Positions 12,817 through 23,850 of a stretch of 64,000 nt of DNA are shown here, piece after piece. How positions within the stretch are numbered: the stretch's first letter is position 1; the number at the start of each line of letters is the position of its first letter. The position numbers and the translations under genes are program-made. This DNA comes from Minutocellus sp. GHC0000111 (taxonomy: Eukaryota): positions 434,001 to 498,000 of the forward strand of contig OZ361258.1 of NCBI GenBank assembly GCA_977018835.1, read 5' to 3'. The notes below the pieces were generated by a model. It ran no database searches. It saw only the letters and a list, made by a program, of their open reading frames with translations, and had not been told where the DNA came from.

Positions 12817-14061
12817 ATGGACGATTCGTCGGCTGCAGCAAACTCCGCCACAGCCTCAATGTCGGCGGTATCCGGCTGTCCATCGAGCTCGACAATGGGA
12901 CCTCAGCACGCCGTCCATTCTCAAGAAGTAGGCCATGGAGTGGATGCCAACGATGTTCACTGCGTCCCACGAACTTCTTCTACCTCCTTTTCGGCGCCCT
13001 TGCCAGCCAGCACAATTCACTTCCATGCTGCACCACCATCATCAACAGTTGATGGCGATAACACCAACAACGCATCGTCGTTTAGTGAGTTTGCACACTC
13101 GTCCCGAACAAATCTTCAATCCCTCATGAACTCGGCCCATCCCAAAGCGATCGATTGGACGGCCCTACGTGCCGAGCAGCTTCGGCACTATGGTCGCTTG
13201 ACCAAGCGACGGAGCAGCGAGAGTTTGCGAAGTCAGATGGAACTTCTCCACGAAGAGGGGAAGGAAGACGACGACGAGCCGAAACCAGGGCAGAATGCCA
13301 GCTGGGGAGAGCAGCCTGTTGTTTCGCGGCAAAATCACAATTCGATCACATATGGGCCTAGCCAGAGCACAGCACACATAAATATGACGCCGACCTCGAA
13401 TTCTTCGTCATCTGCCAATGCCTTCCTTTCCATCCTCAACTCTCCCCCCAGCACAAGTGCCGGTACGAGCGCATCTTCGACATTGCCGACGACTGGCACC
13501 AGCACAGGTACATCCATGTACGGACGAGGCAGTCTCACCCTCACCCGCCGACCCAGTACCAAATCCATGTCCTCGCCCTCTTCGTCTCTTCAACTGCAAC
13601 GATCAGCAGCGCAACAAACACTTGCTCGGCCGACCCTCAGCCGAGTCCGGTCTGACCAGTGGCTCGACTACCGCCGCCGCCTCGAGGCCGCCACCGGCGT
13701 CCCCATGGTCACCGCCAAACGGGGCAGTGCTGGCGCTGGCCTGGGCTTGACCCGTTCCACCTCCAAACGTGCTCTAGTATTGTCCCGATCCTCTTCTCGG
13801 TCCAGCTTAGCCCTATCCAAATCGACCAGTTCCTCTCGGTCCAGCCTCCTGGCTTTGGCCGGACGGGCCTCGCAGTCCAATTCAACACGAAGTTTGAGCA
13901 GCCAGACCAGCGCCACGTCTGCCAGCACTGGCGTACAGTCGTTGACACCCAACAGCGGTATGTATGTGGCAGTAGCTACTGGAAGTGAGGCATCGGCCAA
14001 CATGATCCGGGCCAGCAGCTTTTGTAAGAAGATGTCTCTGAGGGACACCCCTCTCAAGTGA
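12817..14061 (+). CDS. Ser/Thr-rich intrinsically disordered hypothetical protein, 414 aa
   Basis: Long uninterrupted ORF with coding-like codon use; no recognisable domain. Confidence 0.55.
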   Translation: MDDSSAAANSATASMSAVSGCPSSSTMGPQHAVHSQEVGHGVDANDVHCVPRTSSTSFSAPLPASTIHFHAAPPSSTVDGDNTNNASSFSEFAHSSRTNLQSLMNSAHPKAIDWTALRAEQLRHYGRLTKRRSSESLRSQMELLHEEGKEDDDEPKPGQNASWGEQPVVSRQNHNSITYGPSQSTAHINMTPTSNSSSSANAFLSILNSPPSTSAGTSASSTLPTTGTSTGTSMYGRGSLTLTRRPSTKSMSSPSSSLQLQRSAAQQTLARPTLSRVRSDQWLDYRRRLEAATGVPMVTAKRGSAGAGLGLTRSTSKRALVLSRSSSRSSLALSKSTSSSRSSLLALAGRASQSNSTRSLSSQTSATSASTGVQSLTPNSGMYVAVATGSEASANMIRASSFCKKMSLRDTPLK

Positions 14062-14499
14062 TTGCGTGTGCAGAATATTATATTCTCTAGGCTCTAGACT
14101 ACGAGTGAAAACCGACGATAGCGGCGGAATTCACCTTCGTGGCTCAATACTGTCTAAACCAGTTGGAGAAACATAAAATTATAACTTACTACTCCACGGA
14201 CTACCTACTATGTACTACAGACTGCTACGTACAAACATACGTCGACAGGATTTACTCGGTCCCCGCGAATTGATTCCATCAATAACATGGATCGATTCGA
14301 CTTGTCCAACAGTGTGTCCTACACCGACCTAGATAAACTAGGAGTGACTTTGTACAGAGCCTGGTTTAAAACCAGTGTCACGCAACCAGAAAACTGACCG
14401 CTGTTCGTCGGGACATCCACATGTAAAGTGTTTAACGAAAAATGAAACCACACAAATAGTTCCTCCTTTCAGCTGTCAAAATCTTGGACTACCAACTAC

Positions 14500-15215
14500 G
14501 ACAACGTCGACGACGACAACAACGATGGCACCGACGGTACAGATGCCACCGACAACAACAACGATGGCAACGACGGTACCGATGCCACCGAGGAGTTCAT
14601 TGCCGATCAGGAACCGACCGACAACGAACCCGCCACTGCTACAGATGCCCTAACTGAGCCCAGCGGTCTCTACGTTTCCTGGAAGCTCAAGGGTGCAAGA
14701 TTGCCAAGAACGTCGTCCTCCAGGATAATCAAAGTGCCATTCTGATGGAGAGGAACGGTAAGTTCTCCTGCTCGAAGAGGACGAAGCACATTGACATGCG
14801 CTGCTTCTTCATCACCGACCGCATCGAGAAGCAGGAGGTTTCGGTAGAATATTGTCCCACCGAGGACACGATCGGTGACTTCTTCACCAAGCCTCTCCAG
14901 GGCGCCCAATTTCGCAAGTTCCGGGCCCTGATCCTCAATCTCGACGACTAATTCCACACGACAGCTGCTCCTACAGCTCGCAGGAATTACAGGAGTGTGT
15001 TGAGAACTGTTGACGGCTACTTTTACTGCTTTTGCCCACAAGAGCTCATAACCCTTCGGCTCTACACCAGGATCACTGGTCATTACACAGCCAACTCACG
15101 TAATTACAACTGGTCTGTTGTCTTTGTACCTTCGAGGTCTACGCTGTAGCCACAGCCGGCACCCGGTCGCTTTACGAGAGCGCTGGCAGGCTGTCTTCGG
15201 CGAGCTGCCTCAACA
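14500..15215 (+). mobile_element. Ty1/Copia (CoDi-like) LTR retrotransposon relic: acidic linker, RNase H C-terminus, PPT and candidate 3' LTR
   Basis: From about 14669 to 14951 it reads LRFLEAQGCKIAKNVVLQDNQSAILMERNGKFSCSKRTKHIDMRCFFITD...CPTEDTIGDFFTKPLQG, the Copia RNase H end. It is followed by ACAGGAGTG|TGTTGAG (14998), and the inverted CTCAACA lies at 15209-15215. Confidence 0.85.
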
Positions 15216-15914
15216 GGGCTGGAGTCGCGCTCTCCCCCCACGTTGTCGTCCATGCGACCTATTTGGTGGACAAAATGCTGTCTGGTTCGGCTACAATTCC
15301 ATCTCACCATCTCCACTCCACCTGAGCGTTTTGAGATAAGGCTTGCATGCTGCATCGCTCCATGTAGATCTACCCGCACTGGGCTTGCGACATCAGACTA
15401 CGTTACATTAGCGCTAATTGACTTACGTGCATGTAGTAAGTAACTGACGCTCAGCGGCAGACTTTGATCTCGTCCTGATGTGCCCCGCCGCGCCGCGCCG
15501 CGCCCAAAGTCGGCCCCAAAGTTCAATGAAATAAAGTTGAACTTTTGCTCAGAGTGGCATAAAAGTGCTTTCTTGGACATTTTGACTTTCCGAGATCGAT
15601 AAAAGAACAGCAGGGCCATGCGACATGCGACATGCTGATTTCTGGACGCGCCATAAGTAGGAGTGGACTACCTGACGATGCGCTGTTTGTGCCTCCCAAC
15701 AATTGCGCCCCAATCTTATGCCTTGTGCCGAGGAAGGAAGCAAACAGCCAGCCTCTCATCCTTTCACAAAATTATTGCATTATCGCCTCATCGCACATTG
15801 CGAGTTGTCTGTGCGGCCAGGCACATGCGTCCAACCTCGATATCACAAATTCCATTTGATCTTCCAAGTCAAAGTGTTCTTCTTCTTTCAACAATCTTCC
15901 ACCTCCCAGTAAGC

Positions 15915-16246
15915 ATGAACATCACTCCCAACATCCCTAACGAGGAGACATTCGAATCGATGCCTGATTTCGAGATATCTCTCGCCGACCCCGCGCCAAC
16001 TCGTCGAGAAAGCAACCATGGCGGAACAACAGCCTCCTCCTCCCACGTTTCCAAGCCTCGGCGTGGCCGTCGCCGTGGCACCGGTGCACACAGTGTTGGA
16101 TCCACCACATCTACCGAGCAATACCACGAGTCATTCGGCTCTCAGAGTCACGATGCCTCCGCCAGCATCGGGGCCATATCCTACGAAAGCTCCGAATGTC
16201 TCTTCTTTGATGAGCTGGCCAGCGTCGCCGACCTTGATGGGGCCGA

Positions 16247-16278
<32 letters not shown>

Positions 16279-16871
16279 CCGTCAACAATAATGATGAAGA
16301 CGACGATGCCATCATCGACAAGGAAATCACCCTCGGCGACATCGTCATGCCCCTCGCCGCCCCGGGGGAGCGCCGTACCTCCTTTGGCCGTCGGGGGAGC
16401 GGCCTCTCCCGTGGCAATTCCAGCCTCAGTCTCAGGTCTGTCCTCGAAGATGAGGTCTTTAATGACAGTGACGACGATGATGACAATGGCAACAACGTCC
16501 AAACGAAGAAGAGCCAAGCTGTCGATTCGTCCAAGCTTGCCCTCCGCCGTCTTGAGCAGCGCATCGTCGAGAAGCACATCAAGACCGGACGGCTCCGTTC
16601 CGTTGCTTCTATGGACCAGTTTGGCGCAACCAGCAACGCTGACAGTGCTGCCGGCCAGCGACGTGTCCGTACCTCCCTCTCCTTTGGCAGCAACATGTCT
16701 CGTCTGTCGTTGGCAACGTCGTCGTCGAACAACTTCATCGACCAGCCATCGCAACAGGGAGGAGGTCTTCGCCGTACCTCACTTCAGAAGAATGACTCCT
16801 TTCGCAGTGTTCGCACCACCGCGAGTGACAAGTCGGCTGCTTCGGCTGGTCGTAGGTTGCTTGGATTGTAA
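15915..16871 (+). CDS. Acidic/Ser-rich disordered hypothetical protein
   Basis: GC3-rich ORF with a poly-Asp tract; likely start MNITPN at 15915. Confidence 0.6.
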
Positions 16872-17198
16872 TGTACAGGGAACCTTCTTTTCGGTTTCTG
16901 GCACGTCAAATTAATAGGCTTTATCAATGCACAGTATACGAGCTGTATCAGACACCGCACAATTTCGCCAATGTATGTTTACACGTACTTCTCAATAGGA
17001 TTACCATCTTAAACCAATAAATTCTTTACTGACTTGCAAAACCAATCCTTCATGTACCGGCAAGTAGCAGTGCACGTTATGAACTCATCTCCTAATCAAT
17101 ATCTGAATACACATGTATCCTCAGTGAAAAGTATTGGCATCATCACCGCCATACGTCACCATACTCGGACGACAAACTGTTCGTTATTAACCCAACTC

Positions 17199-17633
17199 TC
17201 AATCTTCAATCGCCGCAGATACTTGCGCTTCGACCAGCAGATTGGGAAATGCCAGGTTAGCCTCGGTCGTTGCTCTGGCGGGTTTGTTGTCATCGTCGAC
17301 CCACTCCAACCACACTTTATTCATCGTGGCGAAATCCGACTCGATGTCCTTCAACCATATGCTGGCCGTCAGTAGCTTGGACTTGTCCGTTCCGGCCTGA
17401 TCCAATAGTGTGTCAATCTTTCCCAGTATGTTGCGCGTCTGCGACTCGACATCTTCGCCGGTGGCATCGATCTGACCGCTGATGTAGCATATGTTATTAT
17501 GAACAACGGTTTGGCTCATGGTCGGAAGAGTCGTCTGGTCGATGCGTGTGATGGTGCTCATAAGTTTACGATTGGCGGAGGTGGATGTGCCAGGGAGCTG
17601 AACCACTGCACGTCGAATTGCAGTTGAGAACAT
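17199..17633 (-). CDS. RidA/YjgF/YER057c/UK114 family protein (YoaB-like) with a probable mitochondrial presequence
   Basis: Motifs YISGQI, QTRNILGKIDTLLDQAGTDKS, DFATMNKVW and PARATTEANLA..LLVE. N-terminus MFSTAIRR. Confidence 0.9.
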   Translation of the reverse strand: MFSTAIRRAVVQLPGTSTSANRKLMSTITRIDQTTLPTMSQTVVHNNICYISGQIDATGEDVESQTRNILGKIDTLLDQAGTDKSKLLTASIWLKDIESDFATMNKVWLEWVDDDNKPARATTEANLAFPNLLVEAQVSAAIED

Positions 17634-18319
17634 GGCTGGCGGAATATAAAAAGAATGCAATAGGAGGGTATCGCGAAGAGTGTCTAAAGTTGGCCGATCT
17701 TGGCGATCCGGTTACTGGCGATGTACTAAAGATGTGGAGTTTGGGCACGATGATTGCGATGGGCAGGCACCAATTGGCGATTCTTCGATTGCTCATTCCG
17801 CGCAAGCACAGGAAGCCAAAGAAGTAGCGGCCAAGAATTTGAAACGGACGGCGGACAGAACAATTGTGTCAGGCAAATGTGCATCATAAAGAAAGCACGG
17901 TTTCTGAAGGCAATAAGTATTTTCCTGTCCAGAAATCGTCTCGGACATTCCGAATACAATTAAAAGGGCCCGAAACGCCCACTTTCAGCCATATCAGGCT
18001 TCACGACCTGGAGACCCCTCAGGCTTCACGACTTCATCAAGGCAAGACCTTCCCCAGCACCAACTCTCGAAACGTCAAGCCCAGGGAGTGCGACATCGTG
18101 CAGACCTGCGACATGGAACGGACGTCTGTGCAGGATTGCCATTTCATTTAGCCTGCATCGCTTCTGCCCTTATTTGTCTTCTGTGTGCGATTTGGACGCA
18201 GCTTAGCCAGGAGAACAACCTGGAATAGAATATTGTTTTGCGAAAGTAGCCGTGAACAAACCTCCCGCGAGTTCACATCAGGCAGCTCACATATTCACCT
18301 AACAAATCAACTCAACGCA

Positions 18320-19786
18320 ATGAATCGGCTCAAGAAGGTATTCGACAACCTCGACCTGGAGGTCGCCACGAACGATCCCAACGAGAAATCAGATACGGCG
18401 GCCGATCACGAGTTGCAAGACATTCCATCTCCTCCACGGAGGAGGGCCTCGTCGGCTGATTACTGCATCGAGGGCCGTCTCAAGGGCGGCAGCTTCTGCG
18501 ACAGCTTCTGCGACAGCTTCGACGATAACGATGACGACAATAATAATAACAATACGACCAATCACGAGTTTCCCCGCCGAAAGGCAAATCCACGAAGGGG
18601 AGGGCTGTTCCCCAAGCGTCATTCGACCAGTAGTGACTGCCTCGACCAACGATACGCCACAGGCAATGATGTTTTGAGTAGAAGCAATCAGAACTCTGCG
18701 TCGTCGTTTGGCTTTGACGTTGCCAGTAGGGCGTCGCCCTCGCCGGCTCCTCTCGACAACCCACACGAAATCAAGAAGCTCGACAGCCAGAACAGCTTCC
18801 CGGACTTTGTCGGTGCTCTCGGTGCGCGTCATCTGGCCCTCCAGGCCGCCGCCGATGCGGCCAAGGACAAACAAAGACAGGACGAGCTGTGCGACAGCGA
18901 TCACATCGACCCCGACGAGGAGCGGTTGCACTATTCCGAAGACTTGCGTGGGTCGTTCGCTGCCGCCCAGCCCAAGGAGGCCCGTCTGCGCCGATCGAAG
19001 CACCTGGCCAAGTTCAAGCAGCACCGATCCGACGAAAACCTTGACGGCTCGGCGCACAGTGATCAGTCTGGATACGATTCCTCGTCCAGCTTTGGATCCG
19101 TGGGAGATCTCATCCTCAAGGCACTGTCTTCGGCCGGTCAGGATTTGGAGAGCGAAACGGCCGCCACGACTACCAACATTAGCAATGCGCGAGCACGTCG
19201 TAGAACTACGAAGGCTGCTCATCAATATCGCACCCGCCGCCAACATCGTGGATCCTACACCGAGGACCTGATCCAACCCAAGACCGGATTCGGTCAGAAT
19301 CTACCCTGTATCGCCCCAACCCCCCAGGGGTTTGGAGGTAGGAGAGGATCGGACTACTGCGGCGAGGAGGAGATCATCTACCGCCGCAGGTCCAGTGCCA
19401 GCTACGCCAGCCGTCGTCGGTCGAGCCGTTCTGCCATCTCCAACAAGGGCAACGATGACAGCGATGATGATGACGATGATGCGAAGCCTAAGGCGAAAAA
19501 TGTCAGGACCTCATCGCCCTCCAAACCTAAATCCAAAATCTCCCACAAGGCATCGAGTCGAAGTAAGAGTCATGGCCAAGCCAGTCGAGGCAGCAAGGTT
19601 GACAAGAAGACCATTTCCCCCACGACCTCCAACGACAGTGTAAGGAGCAGCGGTAGCTGCCGTAGCGAGGCGCTTGACGATGGCCTCCCGAGGCGCATAT
19701 CGACCGCCGAGCAGAGCTGCGATTCCTTCAAAACGCTTGCTTCGATCGAAGCATCTATGAAGCGCAATCGGTTCGCTCCAGTCTAA
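18320..19786 (+). CDS. Arg/Ser-rich disordered hypothetical protein
   Basis: Long ORF; likely start MNRLKK at 18320; many RRxS motifs. Confidence 0.6.
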   Translation: MNRLKKVFDNLDLEVATNDPNEKSDTAADHELQDIPSPPRRRASSADYCIEGRLKGGSFCDSFCDSFDDNDDDNNNNNTTNHEFPRRKANPRRGGLFPKRHSTSSDCLDQRYATGNDVLSRSNQNSASSFGFDVASRASPSPAPLDNPHEIKKLDSQNSFPDFVGALGARHLALQAAADAAKDKQRQDELCDSDHIDPDEERLHYSEDLRGSFAAAQPKEARLRRSKHLAKFKQHRSDENLDGSAHSDQSGYDSSSSFGSVGDLILKALSSAGQDLESETAATTTNISNARARRRTTKAAHQYRTRRQHRGSYTEDLIQPKTGFGQNLPCIAPTPQGFGGRRGSDYCGEEEIIYRRRSSASYASRRRSSRSAISNKGNDDSDDDDDDAKPKAKNVRTSSPSKPKSKISHKASSRSKSHGQASRGSKVDKKTISPTTSNDSVRSSGSCRSEALDDGLPRRISTAEQSCDSFKTLASIEASMKRNRFAPV

Positions 19787-20130
19787 TTGATTCTGATAAA
19801 CATCGAGTTGAGTATTCACTCTAGAAAATAAATTCCATAGTGATAAATTGCCACGTTCTGTACAAGATTTTAAACTAGATACTTGTAAATGCGTATGATA
19901 CATATATTATTTTATAGAGTATCTGCACGTGAAAGGGTTGAGACACATGAAGGTTGTGGTGTACATCTCTCACTTTCTTTCTCTCCCTCTACTTTATTGT
20001 AGAGAGTCGGCAATTCATATGTTTGCAAAACACAGGCAGGCAATGCAAACATTTCAGGCCAATAACTATAGCATGATACTGACATTAAAATTACTATTAC
20101 AGTATGCCTTACATGCAGCTGAGATTGTTC

Positions 20131-20823
20131 TCATGCACTTGCATTACTAAACGATCGATGAGACTCCTCCTTGAGCACGACAAGGCCACCCTTTTCAACA
20201 AATCTCGATGGGTCAAACGAAGCGAGGCGGAATGATTCTCCGCAAAACTTCTCCTTGGCATCGGCGGCTTGCTTCTTGTGAAGAATTGCCTTGGCCTTTT
20301 TGGTGGCGTTGGATCCAGAAGGGAAGAAATGTGGATCTGTGGATTTTTTAGATGTGCTCTCCTTGGAGGAGTCTGAGATAGGCATCAAAGCCTTGTCGGC
20401 GAGGGTTTCGACGATTTCATCTTCGAGACTGGCACATATGCTGCCCGTATTGGAAACGTTGCTGCTGCTTCTTCTTGTGGCGCTACTTCTCCTCCGTTGC
20501 GCGATGGTAGTACTTCCTCGCCTCCTTCGACGCGATGGGAAGGTCATACTAGCATTGGTTGGAAGATCTTCTTTGCCATGTGAGGCGAGAAGGTCGGCTA
20601 CAGATGGCAAAGCATTCGCCGCGGTGGATGAGGGAATGGGTTGGTCTTGGTCTTCGGTGTTATTGCTGATTAGTAGCCGGTTCTCGTTTGCTCTACTTGT
20701 AGCCTCGCCGTCGGCGTGGTCGACCTCATCTTCTAGCCGAAGAGCAGCTGAGATCAGATGAGCCAGATCTTCAAAAGAGGAGGAACGTCGACGAGTGCTG
20801 CAGTTGCTGATGGGAGATTTCAT
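20131..20823 (-). CDS. Hypothetical protein, 230 aa
   Basis: ATG-initiated ORF with RRRSSS and RRRGS motifs; no recognisable domain. Confidence 0.5.
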   Translation of the reverse strand: MKSPISNCSTRRRSSSFEDLAHLISAALRLEDEVDHADGEATSRANENRLLISNNTEDQDQPIPSSTAANALPSVADLLASHGKEDLPTNASMTFPSRRRRRGSTTIAQRRRSSATRRSSSNVSNTGSICASLEDEIVETLADKALMPISDSSKESTSKKSTDPHFFPSGSNATKKAKAILHKKQAADAKEKFCGESFRLASFDPSRFVEKGGLVVLKEESHRSFSNASA

Positions 20824-21328
20824 ATCAGGACGCCAGTATGGTTAGTAGAGTTGATGAGTATTATGTGATTGGAGCACAGCATACTACGTGTATCCATCAA
20901 GCCTCTTGAGCTGCGGAGTTTCTGTGTTGCTGTGCTGAAAGTGTCGCATGCACCACCACTGTCACAGAGACATTTTTTCACATAAGCCCCACCACGACTT
21001 TCCGACCGTGCTTATGGCAGAGGCAAGATACGGTAGACTCAGTCCGCGTATTTAGGGCCACACAGCGCATTGCCACAGCAAAGAAATGAGAGGCGTCTAC
21101 GTCTACGTATCATTACTCGCTCTAGGACTTCAACATATTGAAAGTCTAAATATTTCCAAAAAGAGTTTCTTCTCGTCTGCATCTCTCTCTCTCTCTCTCG
21201 ACGGCATGTGCTTTATGAAGCACTGCCCTGCCTAAAAAATCTAAACACATGTATACGCTACCGGTATATACACGCACCAGTAGTCCTTCCAGCAATGGCC
21301 CACACGTCTAGCTTCTATCTGCCGGTAG

Positions 21329-22275
21329 CTAACTCGCCCGACACCGGGGGAAGGTGACGCCACCGCATGCACTGGCAGCAAACAAATACAGCAGAAACAA
21401 AACTCCGACACCGATGAATATTCGGCAGCGCATCTTTTTCCAGTACATGGCCTTTCGGAGATTGCGCGAGCTGGCCTCAAACTTGAACGCTTGCTGATTG
21501 AGCCGGTCGGTCTTGTCCACAAGCAGTTCGATCTTCTCCCCCCTCTCCAACACTTTCTCGATATTTTGAACCATGACCCCCTTGACCTCGTCGATTTGGT
21601 TTCGTACATTGTCAATTTGGTCTGCTGAACCTCCGGCATTGTAGTAATTCATCCGGTCCTCAATGGAGGGACTGAATTCTTCGTTAAAACTAAAGGCTAT
21701 GGCTTTCTGGGCGGCATCCAGACCGTACTTGGCCAGGAACTGCTCCTTCATGTCGTTCAGGAAAGCGTAGGGGACGCGGTGTTTATTTGGTTCGTCCGAC
21801 ATGCAAAGGTAGCAGATGCCATTCTCCACGATGTAATGAAAAGTATACGAATCGTACACATACGTCATCCGCCCATCGGTTGGCGGTATCTTGGACAGAA
21901 GTACCCGGGTCACCGTGGGAAAGTTTCCTGTTGCTTCCGTCAAGAAGAGGACATAACATGCACGGTGGTACGTGTCGTTCGTGAGAATTAGTGCGAATTT
22001 TATTCTGCCAAGAAGCAAAACAATTCCACCAACCCCCGGGAAATCACCGCAACAATATTATGTAAAATTTCAATGAGAGAGACAACCTCTATAGCACTCT
22101 ATCGTCAAGAGCTGCACCAGAATTCTCATGCAGCATGAACGAACGGACCGAATAAGTCTCGGGCATGTCCGGGAACATCGTCTGGTTTCTTTGCGAATCC
22201 AGAACACTCACCTGATGTGGACGTATGCTCAGCGAGCACCGTCTTTTGTCTTGAGACGAGGAAGTACACTATCAT
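21329..22275 (-). CDS. VAMP7: VAMP7-like longin R-SNARE; 1 intron (21928-22211)
   Basis: Exon 1 MIVYFLVSRQKTVLAEHTSTS joins exon 2 GNFPTVTR via GTGAGT...CAG. Contains a longin domain, the synaptobrevin motif VMVQNIEKVLERGEKIELLVDKT and a C-terminal TM helix; 220 aa. Confidence 0.92.
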
Positions 22276-22391
22276 GGCTGTGGTTTGGATTGGCTGGCCG
22301 GTTCGGGTTGGAAACGTGGTGAAATGAGCGAAAACGGCCATCGTTGCGCGTTGAGCGACTTCGTTGGAACGACTGGTTTAGAATGTCTTAA

Positions 22392-22408
22392 GAGGGCGCT
22401 GTCCATAA
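22392..22408 (+). repeat. Left TIR GAGGGCGCTGTCCATAA
   Basis: Exact reverse complement of 26613-26629. Confidence 0.95.
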
Positions 22409-22515
22409 TTTTCCCCGTTTTTAATCCCCCTTATTCTTATTTCTTATGACGAGCGAAGCATGACAAAAACTCGACCCCACCATGAGAATCGCCGCTCTGC
22501 CCCCTCTTCATTACG

Positions 22516-23746
22516 ATGAAGCGCAGCGCTGATAATAGTGCCGGCCCGGCCCACAACGCAGATACGCGGTTGCGGAAACTCAAGACAGATAACTCCTGTC
22601 GCCCGATTTTGCCTGTTGACAAGAAGAAAGAGAAGGCGGAGGACAAAGCGAAAGACGCCGTTACCGAGATACTGGAGGGCCTCGCCGTCACGTTGGAGAA
22701 CGACCCGAACGGACAAGGACGAGAATTATGGAACAATCCCGGCGTCGGCCATGCACTTCAACATCTTGTCAAAGCAGTCGAGGCTCGCGCTGATAAGTAT
22801 CATGTTCGGGATGATATTGATGTCGCTGCTGAGCGGCCCGGCCTCGTAGTTACCAACCTGTCCGTGGCTGATGTGAAGTTGAGGCTGACGGTCGGCATCG
22901 TCGATCAATTGCAAGATCCCATGTTTGACGCCGGACCTGAATTCTTCCCTATATTTCAACTTCATGGGAAACGGATCGATATTGGATCGGCTCTTGCTGC
23001 GCACGGCCGACCTTTCAACACCACATCGCTTACTTTGCTTGATGGAAGCGGAAAGCTTATCGTCGCTCGTGTTGCCCTGACAATTACCGAAAAGGCCCGA
23101 AGTCTACAACAGGGCCATGTGATCAAATTGACAAAGTTCCACCGATGGCATGTGGCTCCATATGATGACATACACTCTACTGCTGGGATTGGACTAGTTG
23201 ATTTTGATATTGTTGGAATGGGCCAACTTCTGCAGGTAGATGGTGGGCCATCAGCAGCGATCAGATCGGACACGGATGCTCTTGTTGCGGCCGTTTGTGA
23301 GGAAGCCGACGATGATCCGACGGCAGCGCCGGAGGCAGACACATTCGGTAATTGGGACGAGACCAGAGAGAGGCCGCCAATACCCCCTGCTTGCTGCACT
23401 GCCGCCAACCGAAGCTGCTCAATGTACGGCACACTCTTCTTTCAGAAATGCGTCTGCGAAGAAATGCTGGTGCCGACGGAGGAGGACCTGGAGGATATCG
23501 CTGACAAATACTACGCAACCACCATGCCAGTCGAAGCCATGGCAAAAAAAAATGAAGAGGAACATGCTGTATTGGTACTATGCAACTGAGGTGTATCATG
23601 TGAGAGGTTGGCTTGATCGGAAGCCCTTGCCAACCTGTCTAGTCTTTTGCATTAGGTTCATTTATCCAAATGATAAAGGTGAACGATATGTTGGATTCAT
23701 CCCTGGTCATCAAGATGAAGAGGAAGAAGAAGAGGAAAATGCATAA
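22516..23746 (+). CDS. KolX-like accessory protein (P2X7 ballast/nanor-like Zn domain) with an N-terminal RPA70N-like OB fold; frameshift in an A9 run at about 23544-23552
   Basis: Removing one A joins ...CCTAANRSCSMYG...CVCE... to KRNMLYWYYAT...RKPLPTCLVFCIRFIYP...YVGF. This matches the P2X7 C-terminal pattern RHCAYRCYAT...LPSCCRWRIRKEFP...YSGF. Confidence 0.75.
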
Positions 23747-23850
23747 TCATTACCTCAACACATGTAGATAACAAGAATGTGCGTAGCACGTGAGTAACAG
23801 CACACAATAAATCCATTTTTATTTACAGTGATAAAATATTTTACACGTGT

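Noticed and set aside
15518..15545. 9-bp inverted repeat AAAGTTCAA/TTGAACTTT
   Set aside because: Too short to distinguish from chance.
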